This document shows, one piece after another, positions 12,187 through 21,688 of a DNA stretch of 37,233 bases; the stretch's first letter is position 1, and the number at the start of each line of letters is the position of its first letter. The stretch lies in contig NC_068994.1 in NCBI RefSeq assembly GCF_001194135.2, positions 3,625,964 to 3,663,196 on the forward strand, read 5' to 3'. The DNA comes from Octopus bimaculoides. Its lineage: Eukaryota. Made by a program: the position numbers and the translations under genes. The notes beneath the pieces were generated by a model, which worked only from the letters and a program-made list of their open reading frames with translations, ran no database searches and was not told where the DNA came from.

Positions 12187-13076
12187 CAAGACTTTACAGT
12201 AATAATTTCAATAAGGATCAGTGCTTGACTGCACAGAACAGGGGTAAATGCCAGGTTTTTTTAAAATCTTGTGCTTCAAGAGAATGCTCTACTGGGGATT
12301 GGATGGTGAGCAGGCAGAGAAAACGATAGCAAAGAAGCTTCTGATCTTGGAGAGTGCAAGAGTACAACCTTTGCATCATCTTCCATGAGATGTCTTCTCT
12401 GTATCAAGCATACTAAGTTTTAAGCTACTGCTATGAAATTGGCCCATTGTGCTGGAGCCGTCTAAAATTTAATCCTTTTTGTTGCCATATCTCTATTGAA
12501 ATACACTGACTGCAATTAATTATGAAAATAATGCATTTAGTAAAATAACTTTCAATTAACAAGAGATTTTGATGGAAGGTTTTAATTGAGATTTTTTTTG
12601 AAGCAGGTTCATATCACAAAACCAGGGTTGGTGTCAAAAGCATTCAACACATTCGTAAAAATTCCTCATTTAAAATTCTCCCTTTTAAAAGTTGCTATAA
12701 GGTTTCAAATAGCATGAAAGACAGAATATAATGCTTTCATTATTTCAAATAAAATGAAAAGTAAACACTATTATGCTTAATTTTTTTTTTGTTTTGTTTT
12801 GTTTCTAAAGTATTCATCTGTTAAAGTTTATATTATTTCAAATATTATTGCAATTAATAATTCCAGCTTTCAAAAAACATAAAAATCATATTCAGAAATA
12901 CAATGAAATTTAAATGTGATGTTGAAAGAATGAATTGTTTTTCAATCTTCCCTGATATTTGAAATCACATACTTAACTTTTCAATGATATGATCTTTAAA
13001 TATGGAATTTAATAACAACAGCATTCTAGGTACATACATTGTCCTGCCCCCCCCCCCTCTCTATATATGTATATGT

Positions 13077-13238
13077 TCTTTTATTCTTTTAGTCATTTGA
13101 CTGCAGCCATGCTGGAGCACCGCCTTTAGTCGAACAAATCGACCCCAGGACTTGTTCTTTGTAAGCCTAGTACTTATTCTATCATTGTCTTTTGCCGAAC
13201 TGCTAAACACACCAGCTTCGGACAAACACAGACACCAA

Positions 13239-13286
<48 letters not shown>

Positions 13287-13410
13287 ATGTATATGACAGG
13301 CTTCTTTAAGTTTTTGTTTACCAAATCCACTCACAAGGCTTTGGTCAGCCTGAGGCTATAGTAGAAGACACTTGCTCAAGGTCCCACGCAGTGGGACTGA
13401 ACCCGAAACC
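13077..13410 (-). mobile_element. SINE family B copy
   Basis: Colinear with 7265-7650 and with the reverse complement of 35911-36215. Confidence 0.85.
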
Positions 13411-14654
13411 TTCCAGCACCTGGCACAAATCCACCTACTACTCAATCAAGGCAGGAAGGGCTTTCTTTGTCTTATGAATTAGATGACAACCCCCACTAGT
13501 GCTGGTGTCGTGAAAAGACAACAAACCATTCAATACACTCTGTAAAATGGTTGGGGAAGGACATCCAGTCATGTCAAAGCAAACATTGGAGCTCTGTTTA
13601 GTCTTCTAGCTCGTTGGGATCCTGTCAAATTGTAGAACCCATGCCAGCATAGAAGACGAAGATTATTGTTGTTGTTGTCATTAACAAATTGCATGGAGTT
13701 TTATATGTGAGGGATAAAAAATGTAGTTTCAGACACTTGTCTCTTATCTTAAAGGAAATAGATTAAAGGGGCTAACAGTGGGGTTTTCTGAATTAACTTT
13801 CATCAATACAGACCCCATAAATTTCCTTGGATCTCAGACCTTACATTAAAATGTTATTGTTATTGTTTTTCCTGTCGTTTTCCAGGTTGAAAGCGGAGCA
13901 TTTTGCAGAGACAAGACATCTCCACATAAAGCAAAAAACTGTGTGTCCCTTCTTTGGAGAATGTACCAGGGGTTTCAGGGTTTTACGTCGCAGACCAGCA
14001 GCTGTGAAAATATTTGTGAGAATGTATCACTAATGTTGTGGCATGTTTGGGGGTTCAAAGCCCAAGTATGACCAGAAGTTGCACTCAAGAAGAAGAATGT
14101 GGGATGCAAGAAAGAGGAAGAAGAAAAACAAAAAGAAACGTTGAAGAAAAGAAAGGTTTGTACTTTGTCATGTCGTTGTTGCTGTTGTTATTGTTTAGTT
14201 TCTGGTTGGTTTTTGATCAAATAGATCTATGATAGAAAGAGGTTCCACCTGTAACCATTCCCCCATTTTTTTTTCAACCCCCACCCCCCAGTCAGGGGCT
14301 GGGGTGGGGGTGTAAGATGTGGAGGCAGAGTGGGTTCTTGTAAAAGAGCTTCTCAGTTACTCACATTTAGTAATGAAGAGAGGGAATGTGTGTGTGTGAA
14401 ACTTTTGCTTTTAAATGCTGGTGTTGATATTATTTATGTGTTTCCATTTGAACTCACACAGAACAGGTTATTTACTGTGGAAACAAACACCTGTTGATAT
14501 TGAAGTTTCAGGTGACTGGCAGATGTCTACCTGGGATCACATCATCGACCACAGTCAGATGTGGAACTGACACTGCACACGCACGCATGCAAACACACAT
14601 GCGCTCACATGCATTCACACGCATGCAAGCAAACACACACACACACCACAGTTG

Positions 14655-14800
14655 TTGTTTAGCCCCAGGTAAGCAATAATCAAGAGGGCTTACAATCAAA
14701 GGCATTCCTGCCATGACCATCATCCAGTGTTTTTTAAGGACTTCATGCTGTAAAGTTGTGATTTGAGGGGAATTTAGCTGCTGTTTCTATTAGGACTATC
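14655..14800. mobile_element. Unclassified repeat, family D
   Basis: TGTTTAGCCCCAGGT...ATCAAAGGCATTCC..CCATGACCATC...GATTTGAGGGGAATTTAGCTGCTGTTTCTA. Related segments are at about 9510-9750 (opposite strand) and about 30466-30530. Confidence 0.5.
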
Positions 14801-16564
14801 AACCAAATATGCTTGGGCCAAAGATGTTAAAAGGTTAAGTGACCAACAGTGACTTTGGTCAGTGTTATATAGTTTTTTTATTAGTATCCTTCACTGCATG
14901 ATATGTTGCTTTACACTGGCCTCTGCTCATGTAGCCACATGGAGAATTGTATCATCAATATTATCAACAACAAGGTGGTACAGTCAGCACATGACTTTAT
15001 ACTAACTTGTTCCCACCAACACCATCCTGCTACCCATTATGCCACCCCTATTATAACTTTCATTATATCTTGCCCTCTTCTTTTATTTTTATTACATTTT
15101 ACCCTGCTGTCTTTGTATTTAAATCCTGCAAACATTGTTATGTCCCATGTGGACCAGATTTCATATTTTCACACATTTCTTCTGTTTCTTTTTCTTCTTC
15201 TTCTTCTTCTAGGGTAACAGTTTTACTGTGGAGACTTTAACCCTCGACTTGATGTGAAGCTGGTTTTGTTACATTGTTAATAGCAACACACTGATGTATC
15301 TGATAGTCTAATGTAGTGTGTGTGTGTGTGTGTGTGTGCCACCATAAACAGACTGTATAACAGCTACTACTTTACAACAACCTGCAACAATCTTCTCCCT
15401 AAACATTGTCATATTGGATTACTAAATTTGTGTTCCTGCTGTTAAATAGCTCTGGTGGCCAACCGGTCATTGGTCAACCGTACTGTGACTGGATAGTATT
15501 GACAACTTAGCTCTGACTGAAGTATATTGGTCAACAGGGTTGTGACCAATGTACTTCAGCCATTGGAATACTGACTGGTGAGAGAAAAAAAAAACAAACC
15601 CTTGGTCAACATAGGCACTGACCAAAGTTAATTAATTAATCAGTGTAACCTGGTGATTGGACCTTCGACATAATTGATTATTTTAATTCAGTATTAAACT
15701 GGTAATGTGAACAGTGGCACAGTGAAGATAAAAATATCATTATAAAGAGTGGCAGACTCAATGAATATGATTAGCAGCAGAATCAACATAAACAGTGGCA
15801 GAACCAACATGATCAGGGACATTATCAACAGTGGCAGAATCGTAATAAAAAGTGACAATACAGGCTGTGAGAGAATGAACATATAACAGTGGCAGAAGTA
15901 ATAAACAGCAGTGGTAGATAATAATAATAATATTGATATTAAGAAGAACAGTAATGACTGAAGTATAAAGTATCATTTGATGGTGAGAGACAGACGATAA
16001 TAAATGATACGTGATTTTGAAAAATAACCGCAGGCCCTACCAAATATTGTTTGCTAGTGGCTTCTGTAAATTGGTTGTGTAGGGTTACAGAAGGCAGAGA
16101 AACTGGTATAAACAGTGACCGACAGTTAACACTTTACAATGTGCACTGCAACCACAACAAGTAGGTAGCAAGTTGTTAAAAGGAACCCCAACAGTTAACA
16201 AACTGTACAACAGTAAACAGTAGAACAACAGTGAACAGCAGAACAACAGTGAACAAGCTGTAAAGTTACAACAACAGCAATTGCAATCAAACAGAAAAAT
16301 ATCTAAATGACAAATAAACCATTTACACCAACAGCAACTACAACAACAACTTGGCCATTTACAACAACAGCAATTGTAATATTTCTTATCTATAATGACT
16401 TTAACAGATCCAACTAATTGTGAAGTTAGAACAAGAAATAAGCACAGCAGCGGCAGTGCAGTAGCTGCTGCTGCTGTTGCAACTTGTAAGCTCCCCCAGC
16501 AACAGTGCAGTTGTATTGATATATTTACACCAAGTTTCTCCTTCCAATCAATCCAACACTAACC

Positions 16565-19500
16565 ATGTATCCAGGTCAGCCCACCTTCCCCACCCTTGAA
16601 AATACCCAGTGTACAATATACGGGCAGCCTATCTACCAGATAAACCAGTTGAAAATACCCGAACGAAGCCCTGTCAATGAAACGGGCTACTTCCCCAATC
16701 TTCTTTGGAAAGACCAATACCAAGGTCTTGGGATCTCTAATAATGTCCAAAACCTCACTCCGAACCGAGTGTCTGTCCCTTCTGTAACCCCATCCCCCAG
16801 CCCCAGCTATAAAAATAGCACCAACACAATCAGATTTGCCAGTTCTGAGAGCAGCAATGTTACTACAGACAGGAATCTGCGTATTCCTGATGTCTCTAGG
16901 AAAAGTGTTTACCAAGGAACTACCGGTTCTGATTCTTCACGAATACACAATGAAGGGGAACCGAAAAACTATCGAGTTCTCAACATACCAGGTAAAAGCT
17001 TTTCTTCCCCAGAGCCAGTCTCGAATAATCGCATGGACACTTCTGCAAAGACACAAAAAGGGGACTTCCCATGTAAATATTGCGGGAAGGTCTTCTCTTG
17101 TGAATTCTTTTTGAAGATTCATACTCGCATTCATTTAGAAGACACATCCTCTCCACCACCGCCACACCCCAATCATACCTCTCCCACCAACATTAGCAAC
17201 AATAACAACAACAGCAACAATCATCTTCATCACAACAATAACAGTCACAACAATGCTATTAATAACAACAGTCATATGAATAATAATAACAACAACAGTC
17301 ACAACAACCACAATAACACCAGCAACCACAACAACAACAATAACAACAATAATAATAATTTTTCTAGTAATCAAATTGGAGGTGGCAAAAGCGACTCCTG
17401 TTTCCAGGCACCATCCCCTGTCAAACCCCTTCATATGAATCCACACTTTAACACTGGGAACATCAATTCTTCTGGATCTGCTGTTGACAAACCGTTCCGT
17501 TGTAGTATTTGCTCAAAGACATTCAGTCATCTAACTAATCTAAAACTTCATCTTCGCACACATTCTGGTGAGAAACCATTTAGCTGTGATGAATGCGGAA
17601 AATCCTTCGCTCAGAAGAGCAGTCTCAAAGATCATCGGCGTCTTCATACTGGAGATTTGTTCTATTGCAGTTATTGCAAAAAACCATTTGCAAACCGCTT
17701 CTTTCTTCAGAACCATGAACGTAGCCATACAGGAGAAAAGCCTTTTAAATGTGATTTCTGTGGTAAAGCATTCGGCCAACGTACGAATCTTAAAACCCAC
17801 CTCAGGACTCACACGGGTGAGAAACCATTTCAATGTGATCTGTGTGACAAATCTTTTGCGCAGTTGAATTGTCTAAATGACCACAGACGGCTTCACACAG
17901 GAGATACTTATGTGTGTGGTATTTGCAAAAGAGAATTCTCGAACCAATTCTTCTTGAAAAGTCATGAACAAACCCACAAGTCAGGAGAGATTTTCAAATG
18001 TACAATCTGTGGAAAGACCTTTTCCAACAAGTTCTTTTTGAAAAATCATTCCAGGATTCACAGTGGGGAAAAGCCATATGCTTGTGAATTCTGCGATAAG
18101 AAATTCTCGCAAAACGGGAATTTAAAGACACATCTTAGAATTCATACAGGAGAGAAGCCATTTATCTGTGACATTTGTGGTAAGGCATTTGCACAAAGAA
18201 ACTGTCTGAATGATCATAAGAATCTACATACAGGTGAAACATTCAAGTGCGAATTGTGCAGTAAAAGCTTCTCCAACCAGTTTTTCCTAAAAAGCCATGA
18301 ACAGATACATACTGGCGAGACTTTTAACTGCAATATATGTGGCAAAAACTTTTCAAATAAATTCTTTCTGAAAAACCATTCAAGAATTCATTCAGGTGAG
18401 AAACCATTTAAATGTGATATTTGCGATAAGCAGTTTTCCCAGAGAGGCAATTTGAAAATTCATCTGAGAATACACACAGGGGAGAAACCATTCGTATGTA
18501 ATATTTGCGGAAAAGGATTTGCGCAAAGAAATTGCCTTAACGACCACAAAAGGATCCACACTGGGAACATGTATTACTGCTCCATATGTCATAAAGAGTT
18601 TTCTAATGAATTTTTTCTCAAAAGTCATCAGCAAGTCCATAAGAATACAGATGAAGTTTACACATGCTCAATTTGTGACAAAACATTTAACAACAAGTTC
18701 TTCTTAAAGAACCATGAAATATCCCATTCTGGTGAGAAACCATTTACCTGTGAAATTTGTGACAAGTCCTTCTCTCACCGGACAAACCTAAAAACACATT
18801 TAAGAATACACACAGGGGAGAAACCCTTTCAGTGTGATATCTGTGATAAAGCTTTTACACAGAAAAATACCCTGAACGATCACAAGAGGATCCACACCGG
18901 ACAGCTGTTCTATTGCCCTGTTTGTAATAAAGGGTTTTCTAATCGCTTTTTCCTAAAAAGCCATGAACTCAGTCATTCGGACCAAAAGTCTTACGAATGT
19001 GAATTCTGCCAAAAACGTTTTACACTATCAGGTAACTTAAAAATGCACTTAAAAACACATACTGGAGAAAAAGATTATATCTGCGACATTTGTGGGAAGG
19101 CCTTTGCCCAGAAAAACTGCCTAAACGACCACAAAAGAGTACACACAGGAGACTTGTTTTATTGCAGCTATTGTAAGAGGTCTTTTGCCAACCAGTTTTT
19201 CCTTCGAAATCATGAGCGCACGCACACAGGGGAGAAACCATTCCAGTGCAGTTTTTGTGATAAAGCTTTTGCTCAGCGAGGTAACCTAAAGACGCATCTA
19301 CGCAAACACACAGGTGAGAAACCATTTCATTGTGATATATGTGGGAAGTCCTATTCTCAGAAGAACTGTCTAAATGATCATATGCGTATGCACACAGGAG
19401 AATTGCTCTTGTGCCGCTTTTGTGGCAAAGAATTTTCAAACCGCTTCTTTCACCGTAACCACGAGCGTCTTCACACTGGGGAGATCCCATATCATTGCGA

Positions 19501-20206
19501 GTTGTGTGGGGAAGTGTTCTCCCACAGCTCTGCGCTAAAAGCCCATACCAAAACACACACAGAAATAGGTAAGAAACAAGTATTCTACTGTGACGGTTGT
19601 AATAAATATTTTACAGACCGGAACAACTTTACAAAACACAACTGCTTTCAAACAAACAATTCTGAGTTGTCGAAACATCAGCCTTCCATTAAGTCCCCAA
19701 TGACAAACATCAGAACTAACAACAACAACAACAACAACAACAGCAACAGCATCAACACCAACATCAGCACCACCCCCACTCCACCCCCCTCTAACAACAA
19801 CAACAGTATATACAACAGTAACAACACCACCACCACCACCAACAACAACAACATCAATAGCATTAAAGCAAATCCTACATCTATTCAGGAACCCACTACA
19901 GATATGTCAAAAGGGCCATGTCGAACAGACTCAAACTCTTCGGCTTCTATCAAATCCGACTCCAGCAAAGACTCGTTGACTCCAATAATAGTCCCCTCAC
20001 CTGCTCCCCCCACATTCTTACACGAAATGCCCCCCAGTTGGGAGAACAACTACATTTGGCTGAGAGAGTTTCCTCTGCCCCCCATGTTAAGTTCTGGCTG
20101 GACTAATGTCCCCAACACAATGAATTATGACTGGAACAAAAATAATAAACAAGAAGACGAAGAAAACGCTCAGCAAAGCGCTAATTCTTCACCAAAAAGC
20201 CACTAA
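16565..20206 (+). CDS. Intronless multi-C2H2 zinc-finger protein (1213 aa): 1 isolated finger, Asn/His-rich linker, 25 tandem fingers, 1 degenerate finger, Asn/Thr/Pro-rich tail
   Basis: 3.6-kb uninterrupted ORF. It repeats C-x2-C-x3-F-x5-L-x2-H-x3-H with TGEKP-type linkers. The ATG is in an AACCATG context, with an in-frame TGA upstream at 16517-16519. No KRAB, ZAD, BTB or SET domain was recognised in the N-terminus. Confidence 0.97.
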   Translation: MYPGQPTFPTLENTQCTIYGQPIYQINQLKIPERSPVNETGYFPNLLWKDQYQGLGISNNVQNLTPNRVSVPSVTPSPSPSYKNSTNTIRFASSESSNVTTDRNLRIPDVSRKSVYQGTTGSDSSRIHNEGEPKNYRVLNIPGKSFSSPEPVSNNRMDTSAKTQKGDFPCKYCGKVFSCEFFLKIHTRIHLEDTSSPPPPHPNHTSPTNISNNNNNSNNHLHHNNNSHNNAINNNSHMNNNNNNSHNNHNNTSNHNNNNNNNNNNFSSNQIGGGKSDSCFQAPSPVKPLHMNPHFNTGNINSSGSAVDKPFRCSICSKTFSHLTNLKLHLRTHSGEKPFSCDECGKSFAQKSSLKDHRRLHTGDLFYCSYCKKPFANRFFLQNHERSHTGEKPFKCDFCGKAFGQRTNLKTHLRTHTGEKPFQCDLCDKSFAQLNCLNDHRRLHTGDTYVCGICKREFSNQFFLKSHEQTHKSGEIFKCTICGKTFSNKFFLKNHSRIHSGEKPYACEFCDKKFSQNGNLKTHLRIHTGEKPFICDICGKAFAQRNCLNDHKNLHTGETFKCELCSKSFSNQFFLKSHEQIHTGETFNCNICGKNFSNKFFLKNHSRIHSGEKPFKCDICDKQFSQRGNLKIHLRIHTGEKPFVCNICGKGFAQRNCLNDHKRIHTGNMYYCSICHKEFSNEFFLKSHQQVHKNTDEVYTCSICDKTFNNKFFLKNHEISHSGEKPFTCEICDKSFSHRTNLKTHLRIHTGEKPFQCDICDKAFTQKNTLNDHKRIHTGQLFYCPVCNKGFSNRFFLKSHELSHSDQKSYECEFCQKRFTLSGNLKMHLKTHTGEKDYICDICGKAFAQKNCLNDHKRVHTGDLFYCSYCKRSFANQFFLRNHERTHTGEKPFQCSFCDKAFAQRGNLKTHLRKHTGEKPFHCDICGKSYSQKNCLNDHMRMHTGELLLCRFCGKEFSNRFFHRNHERLHTGEIPYHCELCGEVFSHSSALKAHTKTHTEIGKKQVFYCDGCNKYFTDRNNFTKHNCFQTNNSELSKHQPSIKSPMTNIRTNNNNNNNNSNSINTNISTTPTPPPSNNNNSIYNSNNTTTTTNNNNINSIKANPTSIQEPTTDMSKGPCRTDSNSSASIKSDSSKDSLTPIIVPSPAPPTFLHEMPPSWENNYIWLREFPLPPMLSSGWTNVPNTMNYDWNKNNKQEDEENAQQSANSSPKSH
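17066..17134 (+). other. Isolated N-terminal C2H2 finger (FPCKYCGKVFSCEFFLKIHTRIH), Phe-Phe type
   Basis: Canonical C2H2 spacing, separated from the array by about 120 aa of low-complexity sequence. Confidence 0.9.
17198..17359 (+). repeat. Coding (AAC/AAT)n low-complexity tract (poly-Asn with His)
   Basis: Translation NNNNNSNNHLHHNNNSH...NNNNNNNNNNF. A similar Asn/Thr tract lies at about 19718-19860. Confidence 0.9.
17495..19558 (+). repeat. Tandem array of 25 C2H2 fingers (aa 311-998) built from 7 higher-order modules of 3-4 fingers plus a final finger
   Basis: Manual parsing of the translation. Modules start at 17495, 17744, 18077, 18407, 18743, 18992 and 19241; the last finger starts at 19490. 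Confidence 0.95.
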
Positions 20207-20934
20207 AGACAAAAAAAAAAGTGGAGTTTTTTTTTTGCAATTTTTTTTTTTTCATGTGTGCATGTTTGTACATATATGTATGTATGAGTGTGAGTGTGTG
20301 TGTGTGTATGTGTCCTCCATTTGTTATATTTCATGTGTGGGATCTGCTATTGAAATTAGAAGTCAACTTTTCTGACAATCAGTGTACGAGTTTCACTGTT
20401 AGCTTGCTTTGGTTACTAGACTTTTCTGTTCATTGTGTCCACATCGTTGCTGAACATAAGTGTTCACCAACACATGTGCGTTCAGTTTTAGCCGGGGGTG
20501 TTGAATGCGTGTTCGCTGCTTTAATGAGATTTTTAAAACCCATACGTTCACTGTTTTAACAGGATTGCTGAACGTATGTGTGTTCACTGTTTTAACAGGT
20601 TTGTTGGACATTTGTGTTTACTGTGTCAAACAGCAGCAATATCTTCTACATAACCTCATGTCAAGATATTATAAACTCATTTCATTCACATATAAATATG
20701 TGTGTGTGTGTGTGTGTGTAGAATATATATACATATAGATGTGTATGTGTTTGTGTATGTAATTTATGTACGAATACTTACTCAGATCAACAAATGTTGA
20801 CCATACATACACAAACACCCAAACACACACACACACACACACACACATTCTGATACTGTTGTAAATACTTAAATACATATATATTACATATTTGGGTACT
20901 TCTATATATACATACATATGTGTGTGTGTGTAAA

Positions 20935-20975
<41 letters not shown>

Positions 20976-21058
20976 NNNNNNNNNNNNNNNNNNNNNNNNN
21001 NNNNNNNNNNNNNNNNNNNNNNNNNNNNNNNNNNNNNNNNNNNNNNNNNNNNNNNNNN
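20976..21058. other. Assembly gap (83 N) within (TA)n
   Basis: N run. Confidence 1.
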
Positions 21059-21071
21059 ATATATGTATGTA

Positions 21072-21105
<34 letters not shown>

Positions 21106-21657
21106 CCCCAAATAGCAACTATACCTATGTATATACATGTAACATATTGATGTATGTGTATATATGTGTGTATACTTGCAGTTGTGTATGTCTTTTAAGA
21201 GCAATTCCTGTTGCTTGTCCTAAGTGTAGTGTGAGCGACCAGCCAAAATGAAATAGTTTCAGAATGAAATTAATTTCTCAGAGAAAGGATCAGCCTCTCT
21301 CATCTAAAGTGAAGAGCTTGAGTCTGTGCAATTTGGACTGAAAAACCTTTCGTTAAACTCTCTTTCTCTACAATGCTCCTTCTATAGCTCAACATAAACT
21401 TGTTCCTCTCTCTTTCTCTCATTCTTCTTCTCTTTTTCATTCAAGACAATTTGCTCTTGGATCTATAAAGCAGTTTTCATTCAGTTTTTGTGGTTATCAA
21501 TCACCAAGTGTCATCCCAGCCCGTTGGCGTCAACATTGCAATTAGGCAACCTGAAGTAGAAGAAGGGAGTCTTTCTAAGCATCTTGGCCAAAGATGGGCT
21601 ACAGGCTGCACATGTGATGTAATTGTTTACTCCTTACGAATGGAAGGCTATCTATTG

Positions 21658-21688
<31 letters not shown>

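Noticed and set aside
14512-14668. Candidate 157-nt leader exon (TTTCAG| ... CAG|GTAAGC)
   Set aside because: The donor lies inside repeat family D and the body is mostly (CA)-rich microsatellite. Exonisation is possible but unsupported without RNA data.
15710-15920. Repeat-spacer pattern superficially like a CRISPR array
   Set aside because: Eukaryotic context, a repeat core of only about 13 bp, irregular spacing (22-58 bp), no cas genes. Kept only as a motif cluster.
17495-19558. Idea that the ZNF binds telomeric CCCTAA repeats (A fingers resemble TAA readers)
   Set aside because: By the standard recognition code the B finger (Q-1, D+6) suggests C-N-A rather than CCC, so the register does not fit. 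Code predictions are unreliable here in any case.
16559-19863. Antisense and alternate-frame ORFs overlapping the ZNF CDS (for example 19020-19556 -, 17135-17446 -)
   Set aside because: Shadow ORFs caused by the codon periodicity and low complexity of the real gene.
20902-21251. ORFs spanning N runs here and at 31128-31658
   Set aside because: Artefacts of assembly gaps and flanking microsatellites.
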